From the NCBI GenBank assembly GCA_951406725.2, contig OX597842.1, forward strand, positions 23,684,001 to 23,748,000: a DNA stretch of 64,000 nucleotides, read 5' to 3'. This DNA comes from Octopus vulgaris. Lineage: Eukaryota. Both the position numbers and the translations under genes were made by a program. The notes beneath the pieces were generated by a model. That model was not told where the DNA came from. It was given only the letters and a program-made list of their open reading frames with translations, and did no database searches. Shown one piece after another: positions 52,269 to 64,000 of this stretch; the first letter of the stretch is position 1, and the number at the start of each line of letters is the position of its first letter.

Positions 52269-53484
52269 GTAAGAACATTCTTTCTTGATCTGTCTGTTGT
52301 CTCATTAACTTTCTGGTATGGAATAATGCACTTCATATTGTAGTGGAGACCCAGATCTGCCATTATCTGGCATAAATGGGGTCTTTTCTTTGTGATAGTA
52401 TATCTATCACAACATCCACTAAACATTGTGTTTATCCAATTAGAAGATTGATCACACTTCAAAAGGACTGTGCTTTGCAACATAAGACTAACGAATGATA
52501 ATATAAGATAAATGGTTTGTTTGGCATCCTTTCTGTCTCGGGAGACAATGGAGTTGGGCATTTTTTTTTTTTCTAGGTCTAGTCCGGCTGTTATATTTTA
52601 TTTCCTGTTACATTTCTTGCTGTGGCTGTGTAGTCCTATCCTGGACAAACACTCCCTCTGGCAGGTACTGCAAATGTAGTGAAGACTGTTCCTGGCTGAT
52701 TGTAGTGCCATGGTCTCTTGTTTATGTCTCTTCCTTTCTTTCCATTTCTCCTCTCTCTTTCTCTCACTCCTCTGTTATACCCTCTTTTACTGTACGTCGC
52801 CATTCTCCACGGTTGCCGGCGACTGCCTCCCAACCGCTAATGTTGATGTTGCAGGCCTTCATATCCCTTTTGCAAACATCCTTGTAACATCCTCTCCAAG
52901 ATAAATGGTAACTAACTGAAATATCACCAAATCCCCAATGTTCTATTTGTAAACCTTTTACTTTCAATTGTGAGTGATTAGAGGTGATTAATGATTTATC
53001 AGTATCATGGAGAGCTGATAATTAAAGACAATGTTACTTACAAGAACATCAGAGTCAGCTTTGGTAAAGTGGGAGATTCAAGGATAAAATCTCAACTGAG
53101 AGTTTAAGGACCAAGTTTACAGAGTTTGACGGTTAAATCAATCAGCCTGGGTGTGTGTAAAGAACGTTGTAATTGGGAAATGATGTCAGGGGTAGTTTCA
53201 ACATATTTTACAAAGTTGAACTGCACAAATCCATCATGATTTCTCATATTATGAAGGTATCAAACAATTACAGCAGTCTAATGTTTGTTGCGGTATATAC
53301 ACAGAATCTCTCAGTATAAGAATATTGAACAATAAATTACTTTTATTCAATACTGAATCAGTATTGAACTGTGAATGTGTGTTTACAATTAAACAAAGTA
53401 TTGATGCTAGCATACGATACAGAGATAGAAATAAAAGATGAGTTCCCAGTGTGACTCAAACACACAAATCCTTGTTGATAAATA

Positions 53485-54800
53485 TATACAACCTTGGCCA
53501 AAATTATAGAGCAGCAATGATAAAATACAGAATATGATTAAAACTCATTTAGTTAATAATTGAAAACAGTCTAATGAACATTCTAGAGTTGAACCCATCA
53601 TTAATTAGTATTTGATGTGTCCTCCTTTTGCTTTTATAACTGCTTTTATGCATTTTTGTATACTTGAGACTAAGATGGCACAAGTGGCTGGGTCAGTTTT
53701 CTGCCACTCACCATGAATTTTGGTTTCTAATTCGCTTTTTGAAGGACATTTTTGCACCTAAGTGTCACCACATATTCAATGGGATTAAGGTCTAGAGACT
53801 AAGGAGGCCATTTCATCCCCCTCATCCCTTTATCCTCACCAACCCATTGAGACTCTGGATGTGTGGCATGCAGAAATATTTTGTAGAATCATTATGCCAT
53901 CTGGCGGGTTATCATTGAAAATTTTCGCTAAGGAAGGTTGATAAACTTGATCTAACATGTTGGTGTAAGTGTTGGCATTCATTCTGCCCTTACAAGTGAA
54001 TAACATTTCTGGGCCTTAAGGCAACATGCAACCCCAAACAATTGCACTTCCCAATCCAAATTTGACTGCTGGGACCACACATCCAAGATGATAAACCTCC
54101 CCTACTTTACATTGAACATAAACAGCTCCTGAGTTTCCAAAGATCTGAAGATAAACAAAAAAATACTGATCATTTTTGGTATCCAATAAAAAAATTTGTA
54201 CAAGTGTAAGAACTTCAATTATGCCTAGTAAAGTGGTGGAATTGAATGTGGAGAACCAATATCAAATTTGCTTTGATTAGACCAAACAATTTTAGCCCCA
54301 TCATCAGCAGTCCAATCTTCATGTTCTTTTGCCCAACACAATTGCTTCTTCATGTTCCCCTCAGACAGTAACAGCTTCTTTTTGGCCTTACATCCTTTGA
54401 ACTCAACTTCTAATAACCTTCTTCTTCTCACTGAAGTTGATATATCTTTGTTTTTTGCCACCCAAAACTCAGCAGCTACATCAAAAGAGGTGTTTTTCCC
54501 ATCCACCAGTGATGTCCTCTTCAGCAACCTGTCTTCCCTTGTGGTTGTACACGTTATGCGACCTTGTCCTTTACAATTTTTGAAATAATTTATCGCATTG
54601 TACCTTTTGATGGAAATCTTTTCTCAAGCATTTCAATTTTCTTGCAATTTCAAATTGAGAGAATCCTTCTCTTGATGATGCAATGATTTGAGACCTTTGA
54701 GCTTTAAGAATCAATTTCTTTTGAGACATTTTCAACAAATATTAACAGCTGATAAGTTATTGATAAGATATTCAATGAAAAAATATGAAATAACATTAGT
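53485..54800 (-). mobile_element. Degenerate Tc1-like transposon
   Basis: WAKEHEDWTADD..KIVWSNQSKF (54225-54527) and KWPP*SLDLNPIE at about 53775-53815 on the minus strand. Confidence 0.8.
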
Positions 54801-56296
54801 ATCACACAATGAGTGGCTGAAAATTGACCCAACCATTTTCACCAACACTAATTAGATGTAATTTATAAACATTGTAGAGGCATTTCAATTAGTTGATCTC
54901 AATTATCATTAGTGACAAATGTGGTAGAGTATTTGTGGTGGAATGGGGAGTGAGTAGTGTTACATATTCCTTGTAATATTGTTTTTGTATTAAGTACAAC
55001 ATCAGAAAGACAGTTTGTGTCCTCAAATTTGTTTGTAGCTGGGTTTTCACCCCATTGCAATGTGGCAGATTCAGAGAGGGGTCATTAAACGAGTGAGGAA
55101 ACTTTGATTGATGTCTAGAAGACGGTAGTGAGAAATATCCTAGATTCTTGAGAAGCAGTTCTTTTGTGCCTTTTCAGGTATTTGCACTGCAAATTATATG
55201 GATGAACAGTTATATGTAGTTAATGAGGTTTTTATGCAAGTGTAGAGTGTTTGAGGACACCTGTTACCATTTTCTGTTCCACCTGTGTAGACATGTTGTT
55301 TCTTGTGGGGGTGGGGTATATACCCAGAATGTCTCTGGTTAGAATATATCTTTTAGATATAAATTAAAAGCAATATAATATTAAATCTGTTTAAAAATAT
55401 TGATATTCAAATAACTTTCGTTAAATTGAGTTTTGAACTCTGAGCATGTTTACATTTAAACAAATTATTGGTATTAACATAAAATATACATATAGGAATA
55501 AAATATGTGTTCCATTGAGATTTGAACATGCAACTCCTTGTTTGTAACTATATATGATTAACACTTGTTATAATGTTTGCCATCCTTTTAGACATTTTAT
55601 ACTCACACTCGTTAGTTTTTAGATGTGATTAATGCTAAAAGAGACCTTGTTTTCTGACTCTTTCACCTTTTGGTTTTACTTTTGAGTTGATTCGTTTTAA
55701 TTCGAACATGAAGCCTGGTCATTGCTCCAAGGTGGTATCAGAATGTTCACAGACTAGTTCTGTAGCATGCCAACAGATGGCAGCACACCGTTGCGTGCAC
55801 AATGAGAGCTAGCAGTGACTTTCATGAGGCGGTGTGCTGGGTGACACCACTGCGTTTACTTCAAAAGTTGTGAAATTTGTGCTTTTGTGGTCATTTGTAG
55901 GCTGTAGTCTGCAATTTTCTAATGGGCAGGAAAACAAATAACCAATGTGAAATTTTGCGTTAAACTTGTCCAGCAAAGACATAAGAAAGAAACAACAAAA
56001 CTAAGAGAAAAAGAGTGTTATGAAGTGATAACTAAGTGAGAGAATTTCAGAATTGTTAGATTAGTATATAGGATGTCTTAAGAGAAAGATGAGATTTAGA
56101 AAGGTTTGCCTATTTTGTTGTGGTTGTAAATATTGAACTATTATATAGTAACAGCTTAGAAAGTGTTGACCGAAAGCATAGTGGTCACCAATTGACTATT
56201 GATGATATGAATGCCTTACAATAATGGAATATAGATTATTAAAAGAGACAAAGAAATTTTACTGTGATGTATAAAACTTTGAAATGCTTATTTCAG

Positions 56297-56347
56297 TGTG
56301 TCCAAAGTTTGAAGAAGAAGCAGCCCAGGCAGTTGCAGAGTCTGTTG
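56297..56347 (+). CDS. Micro-exon 1 (51 nt, phase 1-1): VCPKFEEEAAQAVAESV
   Basis: tatttcag|TG...GTT G|gtgagt; in frame with the RING exon. Confidence 0.75.
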
Positions 56348-56462
56348 GTGAGTATAAAATAACTGTAATTGATTTCTATAAATTTTACCTTCACCTGAGA
56401 TATATTGTTTTTGTGAATGTCTGAGAACAGGTTCCATTCTTAATTTCCATTTCTTATTTCAG

Positions 56463-56513
56463 AGTGTCCAAGGTGTAGAGAAAAAGCAGTCAAGGCGGGT
56501 GCAGAGTCTGTTG
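56463..56513 (+). CDS. Micro-exon 2 (51 nt): ECPRCREKAVKAGAESV
   Basis: tatttcag|AG...G|gtgagt; 166-bp period. Confidence 0.75.
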
Positions 56514-56628
56514 GTGAGTATAAAATAATTGTAATTGATTTCTATAAATTTTACTTTCACCTGAGATATATTATTTGTGTGAATGTCTGAGAACAGGTTC
56601 AATTCCTAATTTCCAATGCTTATTTCAG

Positions 56629-56679
56629 TGTGTCCAAAGTCTGAAGAGAAAGTAGTCCAAGCGGTTGTAGAATCTATTG
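56629..56679 (+). CDS. Micro-exon 3 (51 nt): VCPKSEEKVVQAVVESI
   Basis: tatttcag|TG...G|gtgagt. Confidence 0.75.
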
Positions 56680-56794
56680 GTGAGTATAAAATAACTGTAA
56701 TTGATTTCTATAAATTTTACCTTCACGTGAGATATATTGTTTGTGTGAATGACTGAGAACAGGTTCCATTCTTAATTTCCAATTCTTATTTCAG

Positions 56795-56845
56795 TGTGTC
56801 CGAGGTGTAGAGAAAAAGCAGTCAAGATGGTTGTAGAATCTTTTG
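56795..56845 (+). CDS. Micro-exon 4 (51 nt): VCPRCREKAVKMVVESF
   Basis: tatttcag|TG...G|gtgagt. Confidence 0.75.
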
Positions 56846-56960
56846 GTGAGTATAAAATAACTGTAATTGATTTCTATAAATTTTACTTTCACCTGAAATA
56901 TATTATTTGTGTGAATATCTGAGAACAGGTTCCATTCCTAGTTTCCAATTCTTATTTCAG

Positions 56961-57011
56961 AGTGTCCAGGGTGTAGAGAAAAAGCAGTCCAGGAAGTTGC
57001 AGAGTCTGTTG
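56961..57011 (+). CDS. Micro-exon 5 (51 nt): ECPGCREKAVQEVAESV
   Basis: tatttcag|AG...G|gtgagt. Confidence 0.75.
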
Positions 57012-57433
57012 GTGAGTATAAAATAACTGTAATTGATTTCTATAAATTTTAATTTCACCTGAGATATATTGTTTTTGTGAATGACTAAGAACAGGTTGTA
57101 GGAAAGAAAAGACACAATGAAGAGAAAAACAGTGTTATCAAGTGATAATTGAATGAGATATTCGCAGAAATGTTAGATTATGTAGGCTGTCTTAATAGAG
57201 AGAGAAAAGGGGAGGAATTTAGGAAGGTTAGTCTATTTTGTGGTGTCCCTGAATATTGAGCTTTAACATGGTATCACGGTAGAAAGTATAAAAATATTAG
57301 CCAAAACCACAGTGGTCACCAGTTGACCATTGATAATAGGAATGTCTGACAATAATAAAATATAGACTATTAAGAAAAATAATTTTAAAAATATTTAACT
57401 ATATATTGTAAAACTTTTAAATATTTATTTCAG

Positions 57434-57505
57434 AGAGTTTAAATTTGGAGGAAAACCGCTCCCATAGCACATCGAAGAAGGTGGCAGTTAAGCAACAGCA
57501 AGTTG
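57434..57505 (+). CDS. 72-nt phase 1-1 exon: ESLNLEENRSHSTSKKVAVKQQQV (diverged copy of 61159-61230)
   Basis: tatttcag|AG...CAG CAA GTT G|gtgagt; same length, same 3' end and homologous flanking introns as the 61159 exon. Confidence 0.65.
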
Positions 57506-58289
57506 GTGAGTATAAAATAAGTCCGTAAGTGATTTCAAATTAGTTTTACTTCACTTGAGCATATTTTGTTTGTCAGAAGGACTGAGAACAGGCTCCATTC
57601 TTAATTTTCAATTGAAAAATTATCTGTTTAATAATTCTTTTGAAGAAATTACTGAAATTTAAGAGAATGTCCACCAAAGTTAGAACAGACAAAAGTTAAT
57701 GATGTCTTTTGGAATAGAGAACTAAAATATGTTATTTGGTTGGGGGTGAACAAGTGCTTTAACGACAAGGCCATCGTTTTACATTTATACTGTGTTTACT
57801 AATAAGTTGTTGTTGTTTTAGCAGGAGTCTCTCATAATCTGGCAGACTTACAATGAAATGCATTCCAAGTGTCAACATCCTGTCTTTTTGTCACTGATAG
57901 GAAATCTATCATTACATCCATTAAATGCATTGTCTTTATCGAAGTAGAAAACACTGGCTTGCTACTGAGATAGCCATTGCTTCTTTGTTGTTTTTCTCTC
58001 TCTCTCGCATTCTCGTTTTGATAGATACTAGCTGCAAGATACAATAAATGACATTGTCCTCATCATTTATCATCTGATTTCCATGTTCCTGTGGAATGGA
58101 TGGTGGAGGGGTCACTGTCCAAGTCAGTTCTTGTTAGCAGTTACTGTCCACCTTCGTTGGTTGAGGAACACGTCCCACTAAAACATTCCAGCTTTATAAA
58201 GGATCCTGGGTGCATTTTATTGTGGCACAAGTACAAGAAAGATTGTTATGTATTCAACAAAATTAAACGTTCCTCTCTAACTTATGCAA

Positions 58290-60660
58290 AGAAATATCAG
58301 ACATGTTGAAAGAAGAAAGGAAAGTAAATGAATTAGAGAGCAGCTCGTTAAGAAACCTTATGAGTTTACTCGGAACCTGTTTGCAGATGCTAAGAGCAGC
58401 AGGATAAAATGTAATAAATCAAATTCAGCTTAGGTATAGTTAGTGGTCAGTAGGGATAGCTAGAAAAGCCTTTTTAGCTATCCCTACTGACCACAATATA
58501 TATATATTTAACTTTTTTGTTTTATTATTTACTAATTTGAAATTTCCCCAGTTACAATCTGCTGTATTTTTGCAGCTATTAATCTTGTCCATTTCTGCCA
58601 AGGTGATGAGCAAGTACCAGTTGTGTACTGGGATTGATGTAATCAATTAGTCCCCTCCTCTGTAATTGCTGGCCTTGTACCAAAATTTGAAACCAATATT
58701 ATCCATTCCTGTTCAACTGTTTTCAATTCGCACACTACTACATGAAACCACAGCATGCCATTACGGGTTTATTTCTGCTAGTTATAGGCCTGAATGTCCA
58801 TGTTAGCTAACTGCAGGTTACTCTCATTGTCAGATGATTAACCTTGGCCATTACATTGTATCATTTAAAAAGAAACAATGTTTTAGTAGTTGAATTAAGC
58901 TTTTATTATTATTATTATTATTAATTATTATTATTAACATTCATTCTCTGAGTTCAGTACCTTCTTGGGTTGACTTTGCATTTCATTCCTCATGGGTCAG
59001 TAAAACAATTACAAGTTATATAACATGTCAAACTAATTGACTTCATACTCTCTCCTACAGATCTATCGACTTGTATTAATAGAAGAATTCATAATTAACA
59101 TTCATTTTTCAAAACCCTCGTTACCACACTATATTGCTGTCCAACTGAATCATCTCTTCCAATCATATCAAGTAAAACCTTCTGCTTTTCTGTATATTTT
59201 GGTGAGACTTCAGTTGGCTTTTTAGTGAGACTGATTGTTTGGTGTTTTAGAACAGGACCTTTAAGCCAAGTATTGAGAAGACGACCCATCAAGCCAAGTA
59301 AAATTGCAGTCATGGCAGATACTGGTGGCATGTAAAAGCACCCATTGCACTCTGGGAATGGTTGGCATTAAGAAGGGCATCCAGCCGTAGAAACCATGCC
59401 AAATCAGACTGGAGTCTGGTGCAGCCTTCCAACTTGCTAGCTTCAGTCAAACTGTCCAACCCATGCCAGCATGGACAGCGGACGTGAAGTGATGATGATG
59501 AACTGGAGGGGAACATACAGGAGATCTACACTGATCCTAAGTGAGATAATCCATTCCCACTCATGGACAGTTTGAAATGCCCCCAAAAAACCATGAATCA
59601 AATCTCAACTTGGTGGTTTCTAGCAGAAACAATTATATAGCTGAGTGAAGAAGGCAAAAGCAAAGAGTGCCCTAGGAGGTGATGGTGTATCATAGAAAGT
59701 GTACAGGTATTGTACACAATTATGTTATAAGCTGTACTTAAAGAGTTGTGGCATAAAGGTGAAATGGTTGATGACTAGTACAAGGCAGAAAAAAATTACT
59801 TACCAAAGAAAGCTGAAACAGAACTGATTGAGCAGTTCAGACCCTTTTCAATCTTGAATGTAGATGGCAAGATTTATATGGGTCCAGTTGCCAAGAGATC
59901 AGCTACACATCTCCAAAATAATGACTATGAGACCGAGAGTGCCCAGGATGCTGGAATTTCCAGAACCACTGGATGGGTAGAACATGATTTTTCAATCTGC
60001 ATTGCAATACAAGACACAAAGAAGAATAAAAGGGATTTGAATGTTGTATGACCTGATCTGGTTGATGCTTATGGTTCTGTACCACACAAATTAGTGATGG
60101 AACCAATGAACTTCTTTTATATATGAGAGAAGATTAGAAATCTGGCTAGAAGCTGCTGTAATAATTTCAAAATGTGGTTCCTGACAGAAAATTTCACAAC
60201 AGACATCGTTTTGAAACTGGAATTGCTGTAGGTTGCACAATATCAGTCATTTGGTTTGTGCTTGTTATGGAGATGTTACTTAGATCAGCAGATTGATCAG
60301 AAGAAATGGCTCGCATAAAATCACCCAAGAAGGAATTTAAAGGATGATATAACAATACTAACAAGAAACCAAAAGGGTATGCAAATAGTTCTGGATGGAC
60401 TGGATTAACTAATTCTTTGATCAAGAATGGAGTTTAAACCAAATAATTAATGCAGTCATTTGTCAAAAGGTTAGCCAAGGGTTAAAGAGAAACCTCTAAA
60501 ATCTATTGGACGATGGTATGCTACCTCATTGTTCAGTAAGAGTAGAGGCATAGAGGTCATGGCACAAACTGAAGATGGGTTAAAGGCAATATCTAAGCCA
60601 ACATTTTCTGGCAAATAAAAGATTTGATGCTTCCAGTTTGATCTGTATCCCTGCCTTGCT
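58290..60660 (+). mobile_element. Degenerate Hero/NeSL-like non-LTR retrotransposon RT, interrupted by other repeats
   Basis: FRPFSILNVDGKIY...GWVEH...KRDLNVV*PDLVDAYGSVPHKL (59836-60093), ETGIAVGCTISVIWFVLVME (about 60215); KKPYEFTRNLF at about 58350; clade assignment from remembered motifs. Confidence 0.6.
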
Positions 60661-61158
60661 TTTTCAGATTTTTTTTACTGCTATAATGTATGGATGAACA
60701 ATTATATATAGTTAAGATTTTGTGAAAGCATAAAGTATTTTTGGATACCTGATATGTTTTTGCTTCCCCTCTGCCCACTTGGAAAGAAATCTACTTCATT
60801 AAGAAGTCTTCTAACATCTCAAATACATGTGGCAAATATATAAGAAAAAAAATGATAACTAAAAGAAAAACAGTGTTATCAAGTGATAATTAAATGAAAT
60901 AATTACAACATTGTTAGATTATTTAAGATGTCTTAATAGAGAAAGGAAATTTGAGGAAGGTTAGTCTATTTTGTTGTAGACCTAAGTATTGAGCTATTTA
61001 CCTGGTCTCACTGGAGAAAGCATAAAAATGTTGACCAAAAACATAGTGGTCACTCAATGACCAGCAATGATGACAGGTATGTCCCACGATAATAAAATAT
61101 AGATTATTAATAAAGAATTTTTACTCTCAAGTATAACAGTTGCAAATATTTATTTCAG

Positions 61159-61230
61159 AAACTCCAAAGTTAGAGGAGAAGTGTCTCCAAGATGTTGCAA
61201 AATTGTTAGGAGCCAACTGGCAGCAAGTTG
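61159..61230 (+). CDS. 72-nt phase 1-1 exon: ETPKLEEKCLQDVAKLLGANWQQV, probable start of a Death domain
   Basis: tatttcag|AA...GTT G|gtgagt; L..VA..LG..W..V matches helix 1-2 of the Death-domain consensus (L..IA..LG.DW..LAR.LG); no next exon found in the window. Confidence 0.7.
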
Positions 61231-62751
61231 GTGAGTATAAAATAACAGTACTTAATTGATTTCAATAAGTGTCAGCTTTTGTTTGTCAGCATGACTAAGA
61301 GAAGATCCCATTCCTACTTTCCAATTGAAAGGCTAGCTATAAAGTGATTCTATTAAAGGTATTGGTGTTATGTGTAGTTTCGTTCTAGATGGGTGATGGA
61401 CATTGTTATTGTTTTACGTGTTTATTTACTTCACTTGTTACACGAACTGTCATATATACTTTAGACACAGTTTGTACTGTTTACTAACAAAATAGTGCCA
61501 AAAGTGGGGATGTATTCTACACATGTATACCTACGTATACACATAGATATGAATGTGTAACAATTGGTATTACTAAAACATCATAAAATAGCCACCGAGA
61601 TTAGCGGGGTCAGTAAAATGGCTAAATTAGAGGACACAATGGATTTAATATTGTCTTTTAAGAGAGCAAATTAAGATATGTCATTTAAGGGTAAGCTGGT
61701 GAGTTAATGATAATTTTTTTTTGTTTTACATTTTTACTAAGTTTACGTTTTGTTTTTTCTTTGCAAATTGCCTGTTTTAATCAGAAATACGATGGAAAGT
61801 GTTTCAGGTGGGACATCTCTGTCTTTCAGTTGGTAGTACAGGACTACATCATTAAGTGCGTCCTTTTTTACATGCTCCTGTGTATAGTGAGTGGCATGTT
61901 GCAGTCGCTCCACTGTCCAGTGTCCATTTAGTTGTGAACCACTCTTCACTGACATGTAATGGTTGATTTACGTAGGTGGATGGTGTTTATGTTGGTGATT
62001 CCTGTCTTCTTTCCTGCAAGTTAAAACTCTCCTCTTTGCTTGGTTTAACTTAACACCTCTCTATTACACTGAGTAACAACGATTTTTGTCCATGGATAAC
62101 AATTGTTATTTCCAATTTGCTTAACCCTAGAAAGTACGAGAATGGCTAGTATCTCCTTCAAACTTTGTTTTTGTCACAATATATACCTTGTAGACCTCAC
62201 ACATTTCAGCTGATGTTGTTTCAGAGAACTTTTACGCTGTTGTCTTGATAAATTCACCACAGACACAGCAGAATGTGTCTGCCAGATGCTTACAACCTCT
62301 TGATGCCATCTGTGATGAATGCAGTTCTTGGATAGTTAGAAATAAACTGAACTGGTGATCTTATGATCCCTTTTTTTACACTGGTATCTATGTTGCCAGA
62401 ACGTTCTAGAAATTCTTGGAAATTTTAGTAACTTCTTGATGATAGTTCTAGAAATTTCTGGAAAATTCTGCTTCGGTGACTCAGCACTGAATCTGTCTGG
62501 AAATAGGTTTCAAAACATTGATGTCCAGGTGACAAAAGCAACGTTTGAAGGGAACAGATGTCCTTTCCTTTGATTTCTTGATGGAAGTAAATAGGAAATA
62601 ACACTTAACTTATCAAAGATAACAAAAAATTAAAAGTTTGTTACGCAGTATTATTGATTTCTCTCTAAATCATGTCCTTCAACCATTCAAAGAGATCCTT
62701 ATTATGAGTCATGAACCCATGTTGTCTACCAAAATGTGTTAAATTTTTGCA

Positions 62752-63994
62752 TTGGGTCATCCCATAAGTAATGCAGTGTTTTCAATTGTATGAACTAAAA
62801 GTCAGAGGGGGATGGGATAAACTATCTGCATCAACTTGCTATAAAAGCAGTACCTTGTACTTATTCTTAGTGTGAGTTTTGAAGAGTAGAGTTAAATTTT
62901 AACAGTTATTTTTTCAAAGCTATAATGGAAGTAACAAAGGAGCATATTCAACATATTTTGCTTTATGAGTTCAGTAAAAGCAACAATGCAACAGAAAGTG
63001 CGAGGAATATTAATGCAGTATATGGGGATTGGACAATAAGTGTAAGCCAGTGTCAATGGTGGCTCCAGAAGTTCCGAGCTGGAAACTACAGCCAAGAAGA
63101 TCAACTTTGTTCTGGAAGATATGTAGAGCTTGACGAGGACATCCTGCAAACCCTGGTGGAACAAAATCCCATTGTAACTAGCAGAGAAGCTTGGATTCGG
63201 TCATTCAACCATTCATCAATACTTGCATGGTATTGGAAAAATCAGCAAATTGGGTCAATGGGTCGCACACAGAGTGAATGTGTGCTCTTCTCTGCTGTCA
63301 TGTCTCATGAATGAACCTCTTTTGAACTGAATAGTGACTGGTGATGAGAAAAGGGTTTTCTATAAATACGTTATGCACCAAAGACAGTGGGTAGGGAAAG
63401 GAGAAATACTGGCACTCCAGAATAAAAAAGGTCTCTACCCACGTAAGGTGCTGTTATCTGTTTGGTGGGATATGAAAGGTTTGGTCCACTTTGAACTTTT
63501 GAACCCTAACCAAACGATAACAAAGGAGATCTACTGTGAGCAGCTTGAGTGGCTTAAGTCAGTGCTAGAAGAGAAATGACCATCTTTGGTTCCAAGATGA
63601 CAGGTGTTCTTCGATCAGGATAATGCTTGGCAACATACAGCAAGGATGACATTCCAAAGGCTGGAGCAGTTTGAATGAGAAACAATTCCCCACCCACCAT
63701 ATTCACCAGTCATTGCCTCATCCGATTATCCTTTATTCTGCAGTCTTCAAAATCATTTGGACAGAAAAAATATGAATTCTGTAGATGCTGGCAGAACAGT
63801 AGTGGAGGAGTATTTTTCATCATGGACAAGTCAGTTTTGGAAGAGGAGCCTTGCAAGTGCGCCAGATAGATGGAAGAGCATTGTAGAAAATGAAGGAGAG
63901 TATATTTTAGGTTAAAAAAGAACTTTGTTTATCTTAATTTTGAAGAATAAAAGATGTATAAAACAAATGCATTATTATTTATAGGATGACCCAA
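62752..63994 (+). mobile_element. Full-length degenerate mariner (Mos1/SETMAR-like) transposon
   Basis: TIRs ttgggtcatcccataagtaatgc / gcattattatttataggatgacccaa; frameshifted transposase HIQHILLYEF...TGDEKRVFY...YPRKVLLSVWWD...QDNA...HPPYSP. Confidence 0.9.
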
Positions 63995-64000
63995 TGCTTT

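Noticed and set aside
56297-57100. CRISPR-like appearance (conserved repeat plus variable spacer)
   Set aside because: Eukaryotic context, 115-bp constant part, variable parts homologous to each other and bounded by AG/GT splice sites; no cas genes
30908-61230. Assigning the gene symbol MIB2
   Set aside because: No MIB/HERC2, ZZ or MIB-repeat exons in the window, only one RING and a Death-like tail; orthology cannot be shown without a search
61760-61830. Acceptor-like sites as the next Death-domain exon
   Set aside because: Phase-1 translations (EIRWKVFQ..., GGTSLSFSW*) do not continue a Death-domain pattern
62749-63997. Mariner flanked by ca/tg instead of a TA duplication
   Set aside because: Single substitutions in an old degenerate copy are a sufficient explanation

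Overview
AT-rich, repeat-saturated eukaryotic DNA, inferred to be a coleoid cephalopod (Octopus-like) from the [17 protein letters not shown] zinc-finger style, RTE LINEs with (GAT)n tails and dense (TA)n microsatellites. Most ORFs in the supplied track are microsatellite or transposon noise. The main host gene is a multi-exon + strand gene read manually from splice sites and exon phases (about 30908 to beyond 61230). It encodes ankyrin repeats, a C3HC4 RING, an array of symmetric phase-1 micro-exons, and the first exon of a probable Death domain. One exon holds six near-identical 102-bp ankyrin units that vary almost only at target-binding positions. A duplicated copy of that exon at 15936-16189 has exactly four fewer units. 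The window also contains a frameshifted C2H2 zinc-finger pseudogene in a decayed tandem duplication, RTE, CR1-like and Hero-like LINE remnants, Tc1/mariner relics, Helitron-like elements and a tandem array of TTAA-flanked MITEs. A Penelope-like GIY-YIG element and many (TA)n-anchored foldback elements are present, several carrying hammerhead ribozyme motifs, including a tRNA-headed SINE with a hammerhead tail. Exon coordinates were counted by hand; transposon boundaries are approximate; no database searches were run.
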